Assembly: GCA_951804945.1 (NCBI GenBank) | Contig: OX638150.1 | Location: forward strand, 69,626,001 to 69,690,000 | DNA: 64,000 nt | DNA from: Podarcis cretensis | Taxonomy: Eukaryota | Direction: 5' to 3' | In this document: in pieces, positions 1 through 9,009 of the stretch | Layout of the letters: each line of letters begins with the position of its first letter | Position numbering within the stretch: the first letter of the stretch is position 1 | The notes under the pieces: generated by a model | What the model was told of the DNA's origin: nothing | The model's input: the letters and a program-made list of their open reading frames with translations, nothing else | Databases searched by the model: none | Position numbers and translations under genes: made by a program

Positions 1-984
1 GTCCCCTTCTCTAGTGCAGATGTTTGTAATTGGAGGAACCAAAACCCTTCATTTGAAGAAAACCCTGCCAAAATCATTAAGCTGTTCGAGGGAATATTTA
101 AAACTTATAATCCCACTTTTGATGATGTCCAATATTTGATGGACGCCTTGTTAACAACAGAAGAAACAAGGAGGATACATACTGAAGCTAGAACTCATCT
201 GAGACAGCAACAAGTTCAGGAGGCCAACATTGTCACTTTATACCCGGCAGAAACCCCAGATTGGGATTACCAAACTACCAATGGTCAGAACTCCCTCACT
301 ACCTATCGCCAGAATGTATTGAATGGCATGAGGAGGGCAGCCAGGAAGCCTACCAATTTTACTAAGGTCAGGGAGATAATGCAAGGGAGTGAGGAGCCCC
401 CAAGAGCCTATCTGGAAAGGCTGAAGGAAGCCTACCGCCAGTATACCCCTGTGGACCCAGATGAGGCTGCCAATGCCCCTATCATAAAAACTGCTTTTGC
501 AGCTCAGGCAGCACCCGATGTCCGCCGAAAAATCCAGAAACACGAGGCTTTCATGGGCCACACCCTTGAGTGGATGTTAGAATTGGCTCAAACCACTTAT
601 AATCAGAGGGAGGAAGAGGCACAAAAGAAGAAGGAGAAATATCAAGCAAAGAAGTTGATGGCGTTGCAGGCTACCACACCCACCCCTCATGAAAAGGGAA
701 GCGCCCGGGGAGGAGGGCAAGGCCGTCTGGGGAAGAACCAGTGCGCCATCTGCCTGCAGGAAGGGCACTGGAAAAGAGAATGCCCACAGGCTCACTCAGG
801 TGGAAGAGGACGAGGAGAACGAGTCCCAGGGCCAATCCCCGTGGGACCTGGACAGGAACTGAGACCCTGGACATCGGCGAATGTCGGCAGGGGTAGAGGA
901 CGTGGACAGGGACCCCCCTGGCACCCCCCAGCCCAAAGACAGCCCGGCGCAATGAGCCTGAGAGAGGAAGAAGAAGTATATTAG
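1..984 (+). CDS. gag: Gag polyprotein, capsid + nucleocapsid part (5'-partial; frame open from base 1)
   Basis: Frame 1 from base 1 reads VPFSSADVCNWRNQNPSFEENP (gamma capsid N-terminal motif), then the major homology region QGSEEPPRAYLERL and zinc knuckle CAICLQEGHWKREC; stop TAG at 982-984. Confidence 0.95.
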   Translation, partial: VPFSSADVCNWRNQNPSFEENPAKIIKLFEGIFKTYNPTFDDVQYLMDALLTTEETRRIHTEARTHLRQQQVQEANIVTLYPAETPDWDYQTTNGQNSLTTYRQNVLNGMRRAARKPTNFTKVREIMQGSEEPPRAYLERLKEAYRQYTPVDPDEAANAPIIKTAFAAQAAPDVRRKIQKHEAFMGHTLEWMLELAQTTYNQREEEAQKKKEKYQAKKLMALQATTPTPHEKGSARGGGQGRLGKNQCAICLQEGHWKRECPQAHSGGRGRGERVPGPIPVGPGQELRPWTSANVGRGRGRGQGPPWHPPAQRQPGAMSLREEEEVY

Positions 985-1048
985 GACAGACCGGGCCCAG
1001 CTGATTTAGGTTCCCGTGAGCCCATGGTCAAAATACAAACAGGGAACC
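985..1048 (+). promoter_or_regulatory. Predicted gag-pol UAG readthrough pseudoknot
   Basis: UAG, 8-nt spacer GACAGACC, stem 1 GGGCCCA(993-999)/TGAGCCC(1017-1023), stem 2 GGTTCCC(1009-1015)/GGGAACC(1042-1048), 18-nt loop 1024-1041; geometry as in the MLV readthrough signal. Confidence 0.75.
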
Positions 1049-4000
1049 GAACCATCCCCTTCATGGTTGACACAGGAGCGGCCCACTCTGTTTTGCCAGT
1101 ACCAGTGTCCAAGCCCACCAAGCAAACGATTAATATAATAGGAGCTACAGGCAAATCACAAAGAGCCCCATTCCTGCAATCTGTTGCCTGTCGCTTGGGC
1201 GGCCAAGTGGTCCAACACAAGTTTTTGTATATACCGGAGTGTCCCATCCCATTATTGGGCCGAGACCTGCTATCAAAATTACAAGCCCAGATTTCTTTCC
1301 AACCAACAGGAGAAGTAACAATGACCACAGGGCCAGCAGGGGAATTCTCCTTAGAGGTACCCTTAAGGGAACACTGGCGCTTAATGATGGTAAAAGAAGA
1401 GGAGGGGATTATTCCAGAGGACCTCCTGCAAGAAGTTAACCCTGGTGTGTGGGCAGAAAGCAACCCGCCCGGAATGGCAAAGAACATCCCACCTATAATA
1501 GTCAAGCCCAAACCATTCGCCAACCCTGTGGCTGTAAACCAATATCTTATCCCCCGAAGAGCTGCGGAGGGAGTATGGGTACATTTGGAATGGTTACTTC
1601 ACCATGGCATCCTGAGACAGTGCCAATCTCAGTGGAACACCCCACTCTTGCCGGTGAAGAAGGAAGATGGCGCGTACCGTCCGGTCCAAGACCTTCGATT
1701 GGTCAACCAGGCCGTGGAAACCCTCCACCCCAATGTGCCCAATCCTTACACGCTGCTGAGTCTAATACCTCCTACTGCATGTTGTTTCACAGTATTGGAC
1801 TTGAAGGATGCATTCTTCTGCTGCTGCCTGGCAGAGGAAAGTCAGCCCCTGTTTGCATTTCAATGGACAGATCCAGGAACAGGCACCAGGGTGCAATGCA
1901 CGTGGACGAGGCTTCCACAAGGCTTCAAGAATTCTCCAACCCTTTTTGGGGTTGCATTGGCATCGGACCTGTCTAGCTTCCCCACCAGCCCATGCAGAGT
2001 CTTGTTGCAGTACGTGGATGATCTTCTTTTGGCTTGTTCAGACAAAGACACGTGTATGGAAGCCACTAAGGACTTGCTGAACCATCTGGGTGAAGCAGGA
2101 TACCGAGTATCTAAGAAAAAAGCCCAAATATGCCAACCCACTGTGAAATATCTTGGATTTGATATATCCTATCAGCGACGGACCCTAAGGGAAGAAAGGA
2201 AGCAAGCCATTATCCAGATTCCAGAACCAAAGAATCGCAGAGAACTTCGTGGCTTTCTGGGATTGGCAGGATTCTGTTTGAATATGGATACCAGACTACA
2301 GCACAATTGCCAAGCCTCTGCATGAATCAACCAGAGGGACGGAAAAGGACCCCTTTGTGTGGGGAGAAGAGCAGCAACATGCCTTCCAGGATTTGAAAAT
2401 GGCATTGCAGCAAGCACCAGCGCTGGGTATCCCAAATCCAGAAAAGCCTTTCTCCCTGTTTGTGGATGAAGACCAGGGAACAGCAAAGGGAGTGTTATGC
2501 CAGAAATTGGGAAGCTGGCAACAGCCTGTGGCATACCTATCTGAACGCCTGACACCTACAGAACAAGGTTTACCGCCATGCATGAGAGCAGTTGTGGCAG
2601 TAGCTACCCTACTGAACAAGGCAGACAAATTTACTTTTGGCCAAGACACTGTTTGTGTGACCCCGCATGCAGTCCCAGCTCTGCTCGACATGAAGGGTAC
2701 CTATTTCCTCTCCCAAGCAAGGATGAGAAAGTGCCAGATGCTGTTGTTGCACCCACATTTGAAGTTCCAGGTTACCACCGCCCTCAACCCAGCTACCCTG
2801 TTGCCAGTAGGAGAAGGTGAGGAGCAGACGCATGATTGCATCGAAGTAATGGACGAGGTATATTCCAGCAGACCTGATCTCAAAGATGAGGCAAACCCCC
2901 ATTGGCCTTCACGGTTTGTAGATGGAAGCAGTTTTGTTGAGGCTGGGCAGCGGAAGGCGGGCTATGCAGTGGTGGCCCTGGAAGACCAGGTGATCGAAGC
3001 AAAGTCACTCCCGCCTGGAACATCGGCGCAGCTGGCAGAACTAACTGCGCTTACCAGAGCCCTGAGCCTGGCAAAGGGACAGAAAATAAACATTTATACA
3101 GATTCTAAGTATGCATTCCTGACTTTACATGCCCATGGAGCCTTATGGAAAGAAAGAGGTTTGCTTACCTCCAGGGGAAACCAGGTGGCCCACCCGCAAG
3201 CTCTATTGAACCTTCTGGATGCTGTATGGGAGCCCGAGGCAGTGGCAGTTATCCATTGCTATGGCCACAAGACTGGACCAGGGGAAGTGGCCAGAGGAAA
3301 TCGATTGGCAGACAGAGTGGCCAAGGAAGCAGCCCGGGAACTGGCCCCCACCTCAGTTATCGGAGCACTGGTCCCAGAAGAGATTTTAAGCACCGCGGAT
3401 AAGCCAGCTTACACAAAGCAGGAAAGAGACACTGCAGACGCCCAGGAACTGACATTGTCCAAAGAAGGATGGTACCTTACCCCTGATGACAGGATATGGG
3501 TTCCAGAGTCTCTTTCTCGGCAGATAACTCAGAGATACCATGATTCAACCCATATAGGACCAGATGCTACAACCAAGCAGCTGGGGAAGTGCTTCTATAT
3601 AGCCCACCTCTACCAACTGGCAGCCCAGATCTCCAGGAAATGCCTGCTATGTCAAAAGAATAATCCCAGAGCCGGACCACTGGCTCCCCCAGGGATTCAG
3701 CACATTGGAGCTGCACCTATGGAAGATCTTGTCGTGGACTTTACTGAATTACCCCGTTGTGGACTGTACCGCTACCTGCTGGTAGCAGTGTGCACCTACA
3801 CCGGGTGGGTCGAAGCATGGCCCACCAAGACTGAAAAGGCACTTGAAGTAACCAGGTGCCTGCTTAGGGAAATCATCCCTCGCTATGGATTGCCAAGGTC
3901 CATAGGATCTGATAATGGACCAGCATTTGTTCATGCAGTCCTACAGAGACTGGCAAAAGCGCTCCAGATCAACTGGAAGCTGCATACTGCTTATAGACCC

Positions 4001-4603
4001 CAGAGTTCTGGAAAGGTAGAAAGAATGAACAGAACTCTAAAGAATCAGCTGTCCAAGCTGACGCAGGAGACCGGGTCTAATTGGGTGGCAATGTTACCTT
4101 TGGCATTGCTCAGGGTCCGCAGTCTCCCGTCAAAGCGGACCCACTTGTCACCATTTGAAGTTTTGTTTGGGAGACCAGTCCCATACGTTAGAATGCTAAC
4201 TCCATATGCTAGCCACGATGTACAATTGAATAACTATGTACAGTCACTCTCCCAAGTTCTCTCCTGTCTCAACAGGTGGACCCAGGCTCGCACCCCATGT
4301 GTGCTAACTGAACCATTCCATCAGTTCGAGCCAGGTGATGAAGTGTGGGTGAAAGACTGGCAGCGAGCCCCCCTACAGCCTTGCTGGAGGGGACCATACA
4401 CTGTGCTACTTTCTACACCTCCTGCTGTGAAGGTTGCTGGCATCACCCCGTGGGTCCACCATACTCGAGTGAAGAAAGCCATTTCTGACTGGACAGTTAC
4501 ACCAGATCCAGAGAACTCCCTTCGGCTGACTATCTCCAGACGCCTGGCAGACGACCGCTCTGCTGATATCACACCGGAAGCTGATATCTCTACGCACAGC
4601 TGA
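985..4603 (+). pseudogene. pol: pro-pol (protease, RT, RNase H, integrase) with one +1 frameshift at ~2277-2282
   Basis: In frame with gag after the TAG. ORF 1024..2325 has protease VDTGA and RT LPQGFKNSP/YVDD. It continues in frame 2 (IWIPDYSTIAKPL..., ORF 2357..4603) with RNase H FVDGSS/SAQLAEL/YTDSKY and integrase HHCC, D-D-E (VVDF, SDNG, KVERMN) and WRGPYTVLL. Confidence 0.95.
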
Positions 4604-4611
4604 AGAATTGG

Positions 4612-4998
4612 ATGGGAGGGGCGCCCACCGGGAGTGCCTCCAACGTTCCAGCCTTGCAGCCTTTGTCCCCTGATAACGTTCAGAACCCTGAACGAACTTT
4701 AGTGTGCATTATATGGTGTGAGGAGGAAGCAGTGGGGATTTTGACACCAAGCATTTGCCGTTTACAGGCGGCTACCTATTCGTGTGGGTGTGTAGTGGCC
4801 CATCCACCATGGGTATCCTCTCCTTGGGGGGCGAAGTTGTCCTCCACCCATCAGGGGTACCACCATCCCCCGGGGATTGAGGGGTTTTATCTCCACACCA
4901 TAGGGTTCGACGCTTGGAGGTATCCCCGACCTTGTTTCCCTAACCAACTCGAGCGTCCGGGGAGCCCCAACCCCCTTCCAGACCCATACCATGACTGA
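4612..4998 (+). CDS. Putative retroviral accessory ORF (ORF-X), 128 aa, Cys/His/Pro-rich, unknown function
   Basis: ATG 8 nt after the pol stop; open across the whole pol-env gap; its stop overlaps the env start (ATGACTGA, 4991-4998). No recognised homology. Confidence 0.55.
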   Translation: MGGAPTGSASNVPALQPLSPDNVQNPERTLVCIIWCEEEAVGILTPSICRLQAATYSCGCVVAHPPWVSSPWGAKLSSTHQGYHHPPGIEGFYLHTIGFDAWRYPRPCFPNQLERPGSPNPLPDPYHD

Positions 4999-6487
4999 TC
5001 TGTGGTGGGAGGAACCATGGAATTATTGGGGTTGGTGGCTGGCGGTGATTTGTACAGCTCTGATCTTTTGGATGCTTGCTTATTTCTGTTGGCATGAGCG
5101 TGGCCGAATTTGTGGGAGAAAGCGTAATCCAGCCATACCCCTAATGATACTCATCCTCTTTTTATCAGAAGGATCTGATGGCACCATCACCCCAGGACAG
5201 GGAGTCAAGATCTCCTATGCCAATGTCACCAAACAAATATATGATTGGGGAGCCAGAAGCCCCCACAATAGGTGGTTACAGATGGCCGAAATGATGGCCC
5301 ATTCAGTTAATAAGACGAAATGTCTGGTATGCACCCTTGCCCCAACGGATGCTCTGGGAGGCTTACCTTTCCTCCCATTGCCATTCAATTATTCCACCAT
5401 CCGGAATTTCTCCAAGCTCCCAGATTCTGAGCTCTGGCCACAATGGGACCACCCATCCCCTTTAAGAGTCCATAGGGTTCGTGGACAGTTGTGTGTGACG
5501 CAGCAAAGGAGTCAGTCCTCACCTATTTTTGTTGGAATGTCCCACTGTACCTGCTCTTGTGACCCAGGCAATGTGACATCACGAAACAGTAGGGTCACCT
5601 ATCTAGGGTGTGATGGAAGGTGCCAGGCTTTGATAGAAATCCTTAATCGAATCCTGATCACGCAGAAGGGTGTAAGCCAGAGAAAATTGGGTCTTTATTG
5701 GGTTTGTGGAACCACTGCTTATCATGATTTGCCCTACCCCTGGCATGGGACTTGCTTCCCTGCCTTTCTTTTACCCCCCATGTGGATTTTGTCCCCTTCT
5801 CAAAAGCCCTGGCGGCAACGCCGCTCTGTGGACATATCAGGGATCGCCTCAGGCAGTAAGCAAACCTGGGGAAAGGACGAGTGGCCACCTGAACGAATAA
5901 TTACCCATTATGATCCGGCCTCCTGGAACCCTGGTGAGTTGGTAACTGGCGCCAGGGAGCCCATTTATAATCTTAACCGAATCATCCGACTCCAGGTGGT
6001 AGTGGAAATTGTGGCCAATGCCACGGCCACCGCGCTCAGGTTGGTAGCCAAACAATTAGATGAAACCCGAATGGCCGTCCTCCAATTGCGTCTGGGAATG
6101 GATTTTCTTCTGGCAAAGCAAGGTGGCTTTTGTGCAGCCCTCAATCTAACTGGAGGAGCCTGCTGTTTTAACATTTCAGATCATGGAGAAGCCATCCGCA
6201 ATTTAGCAGCCAGCATCGAAAAGGTAGCACATGTCCCCGTGCAGACTTGGAGTGGGTGGGACATGTCCTGGCTGGATGGTATCTTTCCTGGGGGATGGAT
6301 GGGGCGTATTGTTATGATATTGATAGGGCCTCTAATGCTTTTATTATTGCTCTGCTTTTGTATCCCCTGCTTGATGCAATGTATGCAACATATGATGGAA
6401 AAGATGATATCCCGCACGATGGGACCTCGCGTGATTGCTGTAATGAGAGATTATAGACCCCTACCCCAGAACGAACCTAGGTATTAG
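4991..6487 (+). CDS. env: Envelope glycoprotein (SU+TM), open 498-aa ORF
   Basis: Kozak ACCATGA; hydrophobic leader; SU CLVC (5321-5332); furin site RQRR (5813-5824); heptad region; ISD LQLRLGMDFLLAKQGGF; C-X9-CC (6131-6166); TM helix IVMILIGPLMLLLLLCFCIP; cytoplasmic YRPL; several N-X-S/T sites. Confidence 0.95.
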   Translation: MTDLWWEEPWNYWGWWLAVICTALIFWMLAYFCWHERGRICGRKRNPAIPLMILILFLSEGSDGTITPGQGVKISYANVTKQIYDWGARSPHNRWLQMAEMMAHSVNKTKCLVCTLAPTDALGGLPFLPLPFNYSTIRNFSKLPDSELWPQWDHPSPLRVHRVRGQLCVTQQRSQSSPIFVGMSHCTCSCDPGNVTSRNSRVTYLGCDGRCQALIEILNRILITQKGVSQRKLGLYWVCGTTAYHDLPYPWHGTCFPAFLLPPMWILSPSQKPWRQRRSVDISGIASGSKQTWGKDEWPPERIITHYDPASWNPGELVTGAREPIYNLNRIIRLQVVVEIVANATATALRLVAKQLDETRMAVLQLRLGMDFLLAKQGGFCAALNLTGGACCFNISDHGEAIRNLAASIEKVAHVPVQTWSGWDMSWLDGIFPGGWMGRIVMILIGPLMLLLLLCFCIPCLMQCMQHMMEKMISRTMGPRVIAVMRDYRPLPQNEPRY

Positions 6488-6496
6488 GTTGTTCAT

Positions 6497-6511
6497 AAGA
6501 AGAGGAGGGAG
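6497..6511 (+). other. Polypurine tract (plus-strand primer)
   Basis: AAGAAGAGGAGGGAG between the env stop and the TG that opens the LTR. Confidence 0.85.
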
Positions 6512-7169
6512 TGAAGGGAGATGGGAAGGATTTCTCTCAAATATTTGTACCTTGTACCTAAGAAGGGTTGCTCTCAAATATTATCTGCAGTAAATTTCTG
6601 TGCTAATCCTGTGCTAATCTTATTTCTGCAATTGTGGTCAGACAGTTAGCACACAGCCTTGCTAAATCTGTCTGGCAGGTCAAGAGTCCATTTCCTGCCT
6701 TGTCAGCTAGCAAGAAACTGCAGCTGTTTGCAAATTTAACCAGGCCTGTTAAGGAGGCCGTTTCTTGCCTTGCGCTTCCTGCCTTAGTAATGCAAAGATA
6801 AGAAAAGACACGTATAAGCAAAAGGGGAGGGGGAGTGCTTAGCCAGCAGAAAGACATGTATGAGGGAAGGTAAAGTGTTTAGCAAGCAATATAGATGTGC
6901 CATATAAGGGAATAAGTTGAACATTTGCCAGCTGATTGGAGAAGTTTGGGGAAGGAATGGGAGGGGGGAGAATGTTCAGAAAAGTATAAGAAAGTTTGCT
7001 GAAGTGTCTTGCTTCACAACCAGTTTTTCAGAACCTATTCTGCTGGTTGTCTCTGTGCACAGATTACAATAAACTATTTTCTCCAAAGAAGAATCTTTCC
7101 TGGTGCTTTTTGCTCTCTCTTCGGTACTGGGGACGCGGGCAAACGATTCCCTGGCGAGGACAAGGTTCA
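6512..7169 (+). repeat. 3' LTR (~660 bp; right end could instead be the CA at ~7176)
   Basis: Starts TGAAGG after the PPT and ends GGTTCA (TGAA/TTCA terminal inverted repeat). Reverse CCAAT at 6935-6939, TATAAG at 6985-6990, AATAAA at 7068-7073. The 5' LTR is not in the window, so the end cannot be confirmed. Confidence 0.8.
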
Positions 7170-7425
7170 GGCTACACCATCTTAAGTTGAAGCTGCATAG
7201 GCCTTGTGGTGCATGTGATTCTATTCAGTTGAACCTCTGGTTACAAAGTTGGTTGGACAGTGTTCTCAAAGCTACCAGCATGCGTTTGACCAGACTGCAG
7301 GAGGACAGGAAGACTGGAGTGCCTGGAACAGATGAGGCTGCAGGTCCCTTATTTTGGCTGCTGGTCCCTTATTTTCAAGGCTGCTGGTCCCTTATTTTCA
7401 AATCTGTAAGTTGACAGCTATGTCA

Positions 7426-7761
7426 CAGACCCTCCAAGTTTCCCTAGTTTCCAAAGACATCCATGATTTAGAGAAGCCGTCCTAGTTTCAGATTTGATCC
7501 CGGAATGTTTCCTTAGGATGTCCCTATTTTCACTGGAAAAATGTTGGAGGATATGGAGTTATCTGACTCCCAAGCCATCTGAAGGCAATCCTGTATAGAG
7601 AAGTTTTTTTAATGTTTAATGATTTATTATGTTTATATATGTGTTGGAAGCTGCCCAGTGTGACTGGGGCAACCCAGTAAGATGTGGGATGTATAAATAG
7701 AAAAATTACCATTATGGAATGGGACGTCCCTATTTTAATCGGAGAAATGTTGGAGAGTATG
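7426..7761. mobile_element. Non-autonomous DNA transposon (MITE)
   Basis: Imperfect terminal inverted repeats CAGACCCTCCAA / TTGGAGAGTATG and internal repeats of GTCCCTATTTT; a related end fragment with 3x GGTCCCTTATTTT lies at ~7344-7422. Confidence 0.6.
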
Positions 7762-9009
7762 CATTCAGCATTCCTTCTCCCTACTTAAAGGGGAGTCTTG
7801 CACCTGACAGCAGTTGGGAACTATGGCTGAGTAAGTGGAACACCAAAACCTCTGGGATAACTTGAGGCACATAGAATAAATATATCCCTCCTGTTTCCTT
7901 TGAGCTTTCTGCTCTAAATAGCAATGAAGCTGCTGGACATCAGCCACTTTGTTGATGGTTCAGGCCCCAAAGTGGCCTTCATTACCATTAACTGTAGCTC
8001 TGTAAAGCCAGCAATACAGGAACACACACAGGGAAAGACTATTAAACTGTAATGAAAGAGCTTTAGGGAAGAGTACCTTGCAATGAGGGACGTTTGAGGG
8101 CTGTATCTGAGGCTCGTGGTAGGCTATCTATTGTATAGACATCAACTTTTTGTACTTGCCTAAGCTTAATTCTCTAGCATTCCAGGCACTGATGGTGCTG
8201 ATTATGTTATTGTGGGGTTTTTTTTACACAGTAGAGTAGAGCTGGCGTGAAAGAGTGATCTGTCCCCCAAAATACGACAGTGACCCTTTAATTTGAGGAG
8301 CAATTGTTTCATGAAATCATCCCAACTTTGTTTCACTAAAGCATTTCACCAACTCACATTTATTTGGAACCAAGTTCATTGAATGCAATGGGCCTTACTG
8401 CTGATTCGATATGCAGCTGGTGCCTTCTCACACACATCCCAAAAGTGGGAATGAACTCCTTTTAAAGCTTGGAATCTGCTTTTAGATAAGGTTATCTTTG
8501 GGGCTTTGCAAGGCGTTCTTTTATTTTCAAAATCCAAAGGCAATACAAGTCCCGTCCCACCCCGTACAATTTCAGGTTTCAAAAATAGTGTGGCGTGGAG
8601 CAGCATACTGTGACTATGGATTGTATCCAACTAACATTGTGCATGCTGAATAACTTCCATGAACGCAGCAGGATTTCACCTCTGTCTCCTTCCCTGTGTC
8701 CCCCAAATTTAATCAGAGGGTGTCCTATATCCTCCAGAGCAGTCGTAGGGGGTCGGGGGGGGGGGTGAGAGAAAGGGGACATTGCATTGCACTCATGGGT
8801 GTAATTCCATGCACACAGTGATTTAGCTGAAAAATAGCCTGCTTCATTCACTTCTCTTTCTTTTGGAGAGGTATTTAACACTGCACCACTCAATCAAAAT
8901 GGTAAGTGCTAGCTAGAGGAATGATCTACCCACTCTGTAAAAATGGTTTTCTGTATCAGCAGCTGATCTTTATAAGGATGGACTCTAGGGGGGTGGTAAA
9001 GAGACAACC

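Larger units (their letters stand above)
1..7169 (+). mobile_element. Endogenous retrovirus, class I (gamma-like; ERV3/HERV-I-type env), cut on the 5' side by the window edge
   Basis: Ordered gag-pro-pol-env, PPT and 3' LTR. Gamma-type hallmarks: single CCHC knuckle, in-frame gag UAG, YVDD RT, GPY/F integrase tail, CXXC and CXnCC in env. The TM N-terminal motif WxxDEWPPERII...PIYNLNRIIRLQ is typical of ERV3/HERV-E/HERV-I-related envelopes (from recall, not a search). Confidence 0.96.

Noticed and set aside
2272-2290. Programmed ribosomal frameshift within RT
   Set aside because: No slippery heptamer, the shift needed is +1, and it falls inside a conserved RT motif; better explained as a mutation or assembly error.
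238-4992. Antisense and alternate-frame ORFs inside the provirus (e.g. 981..1523 -, 1449..1976 +, 4762..4992 -)
   Set aside because: Shadows of long gag/pol frames; no motifs, and no supporting promoter or splice context.
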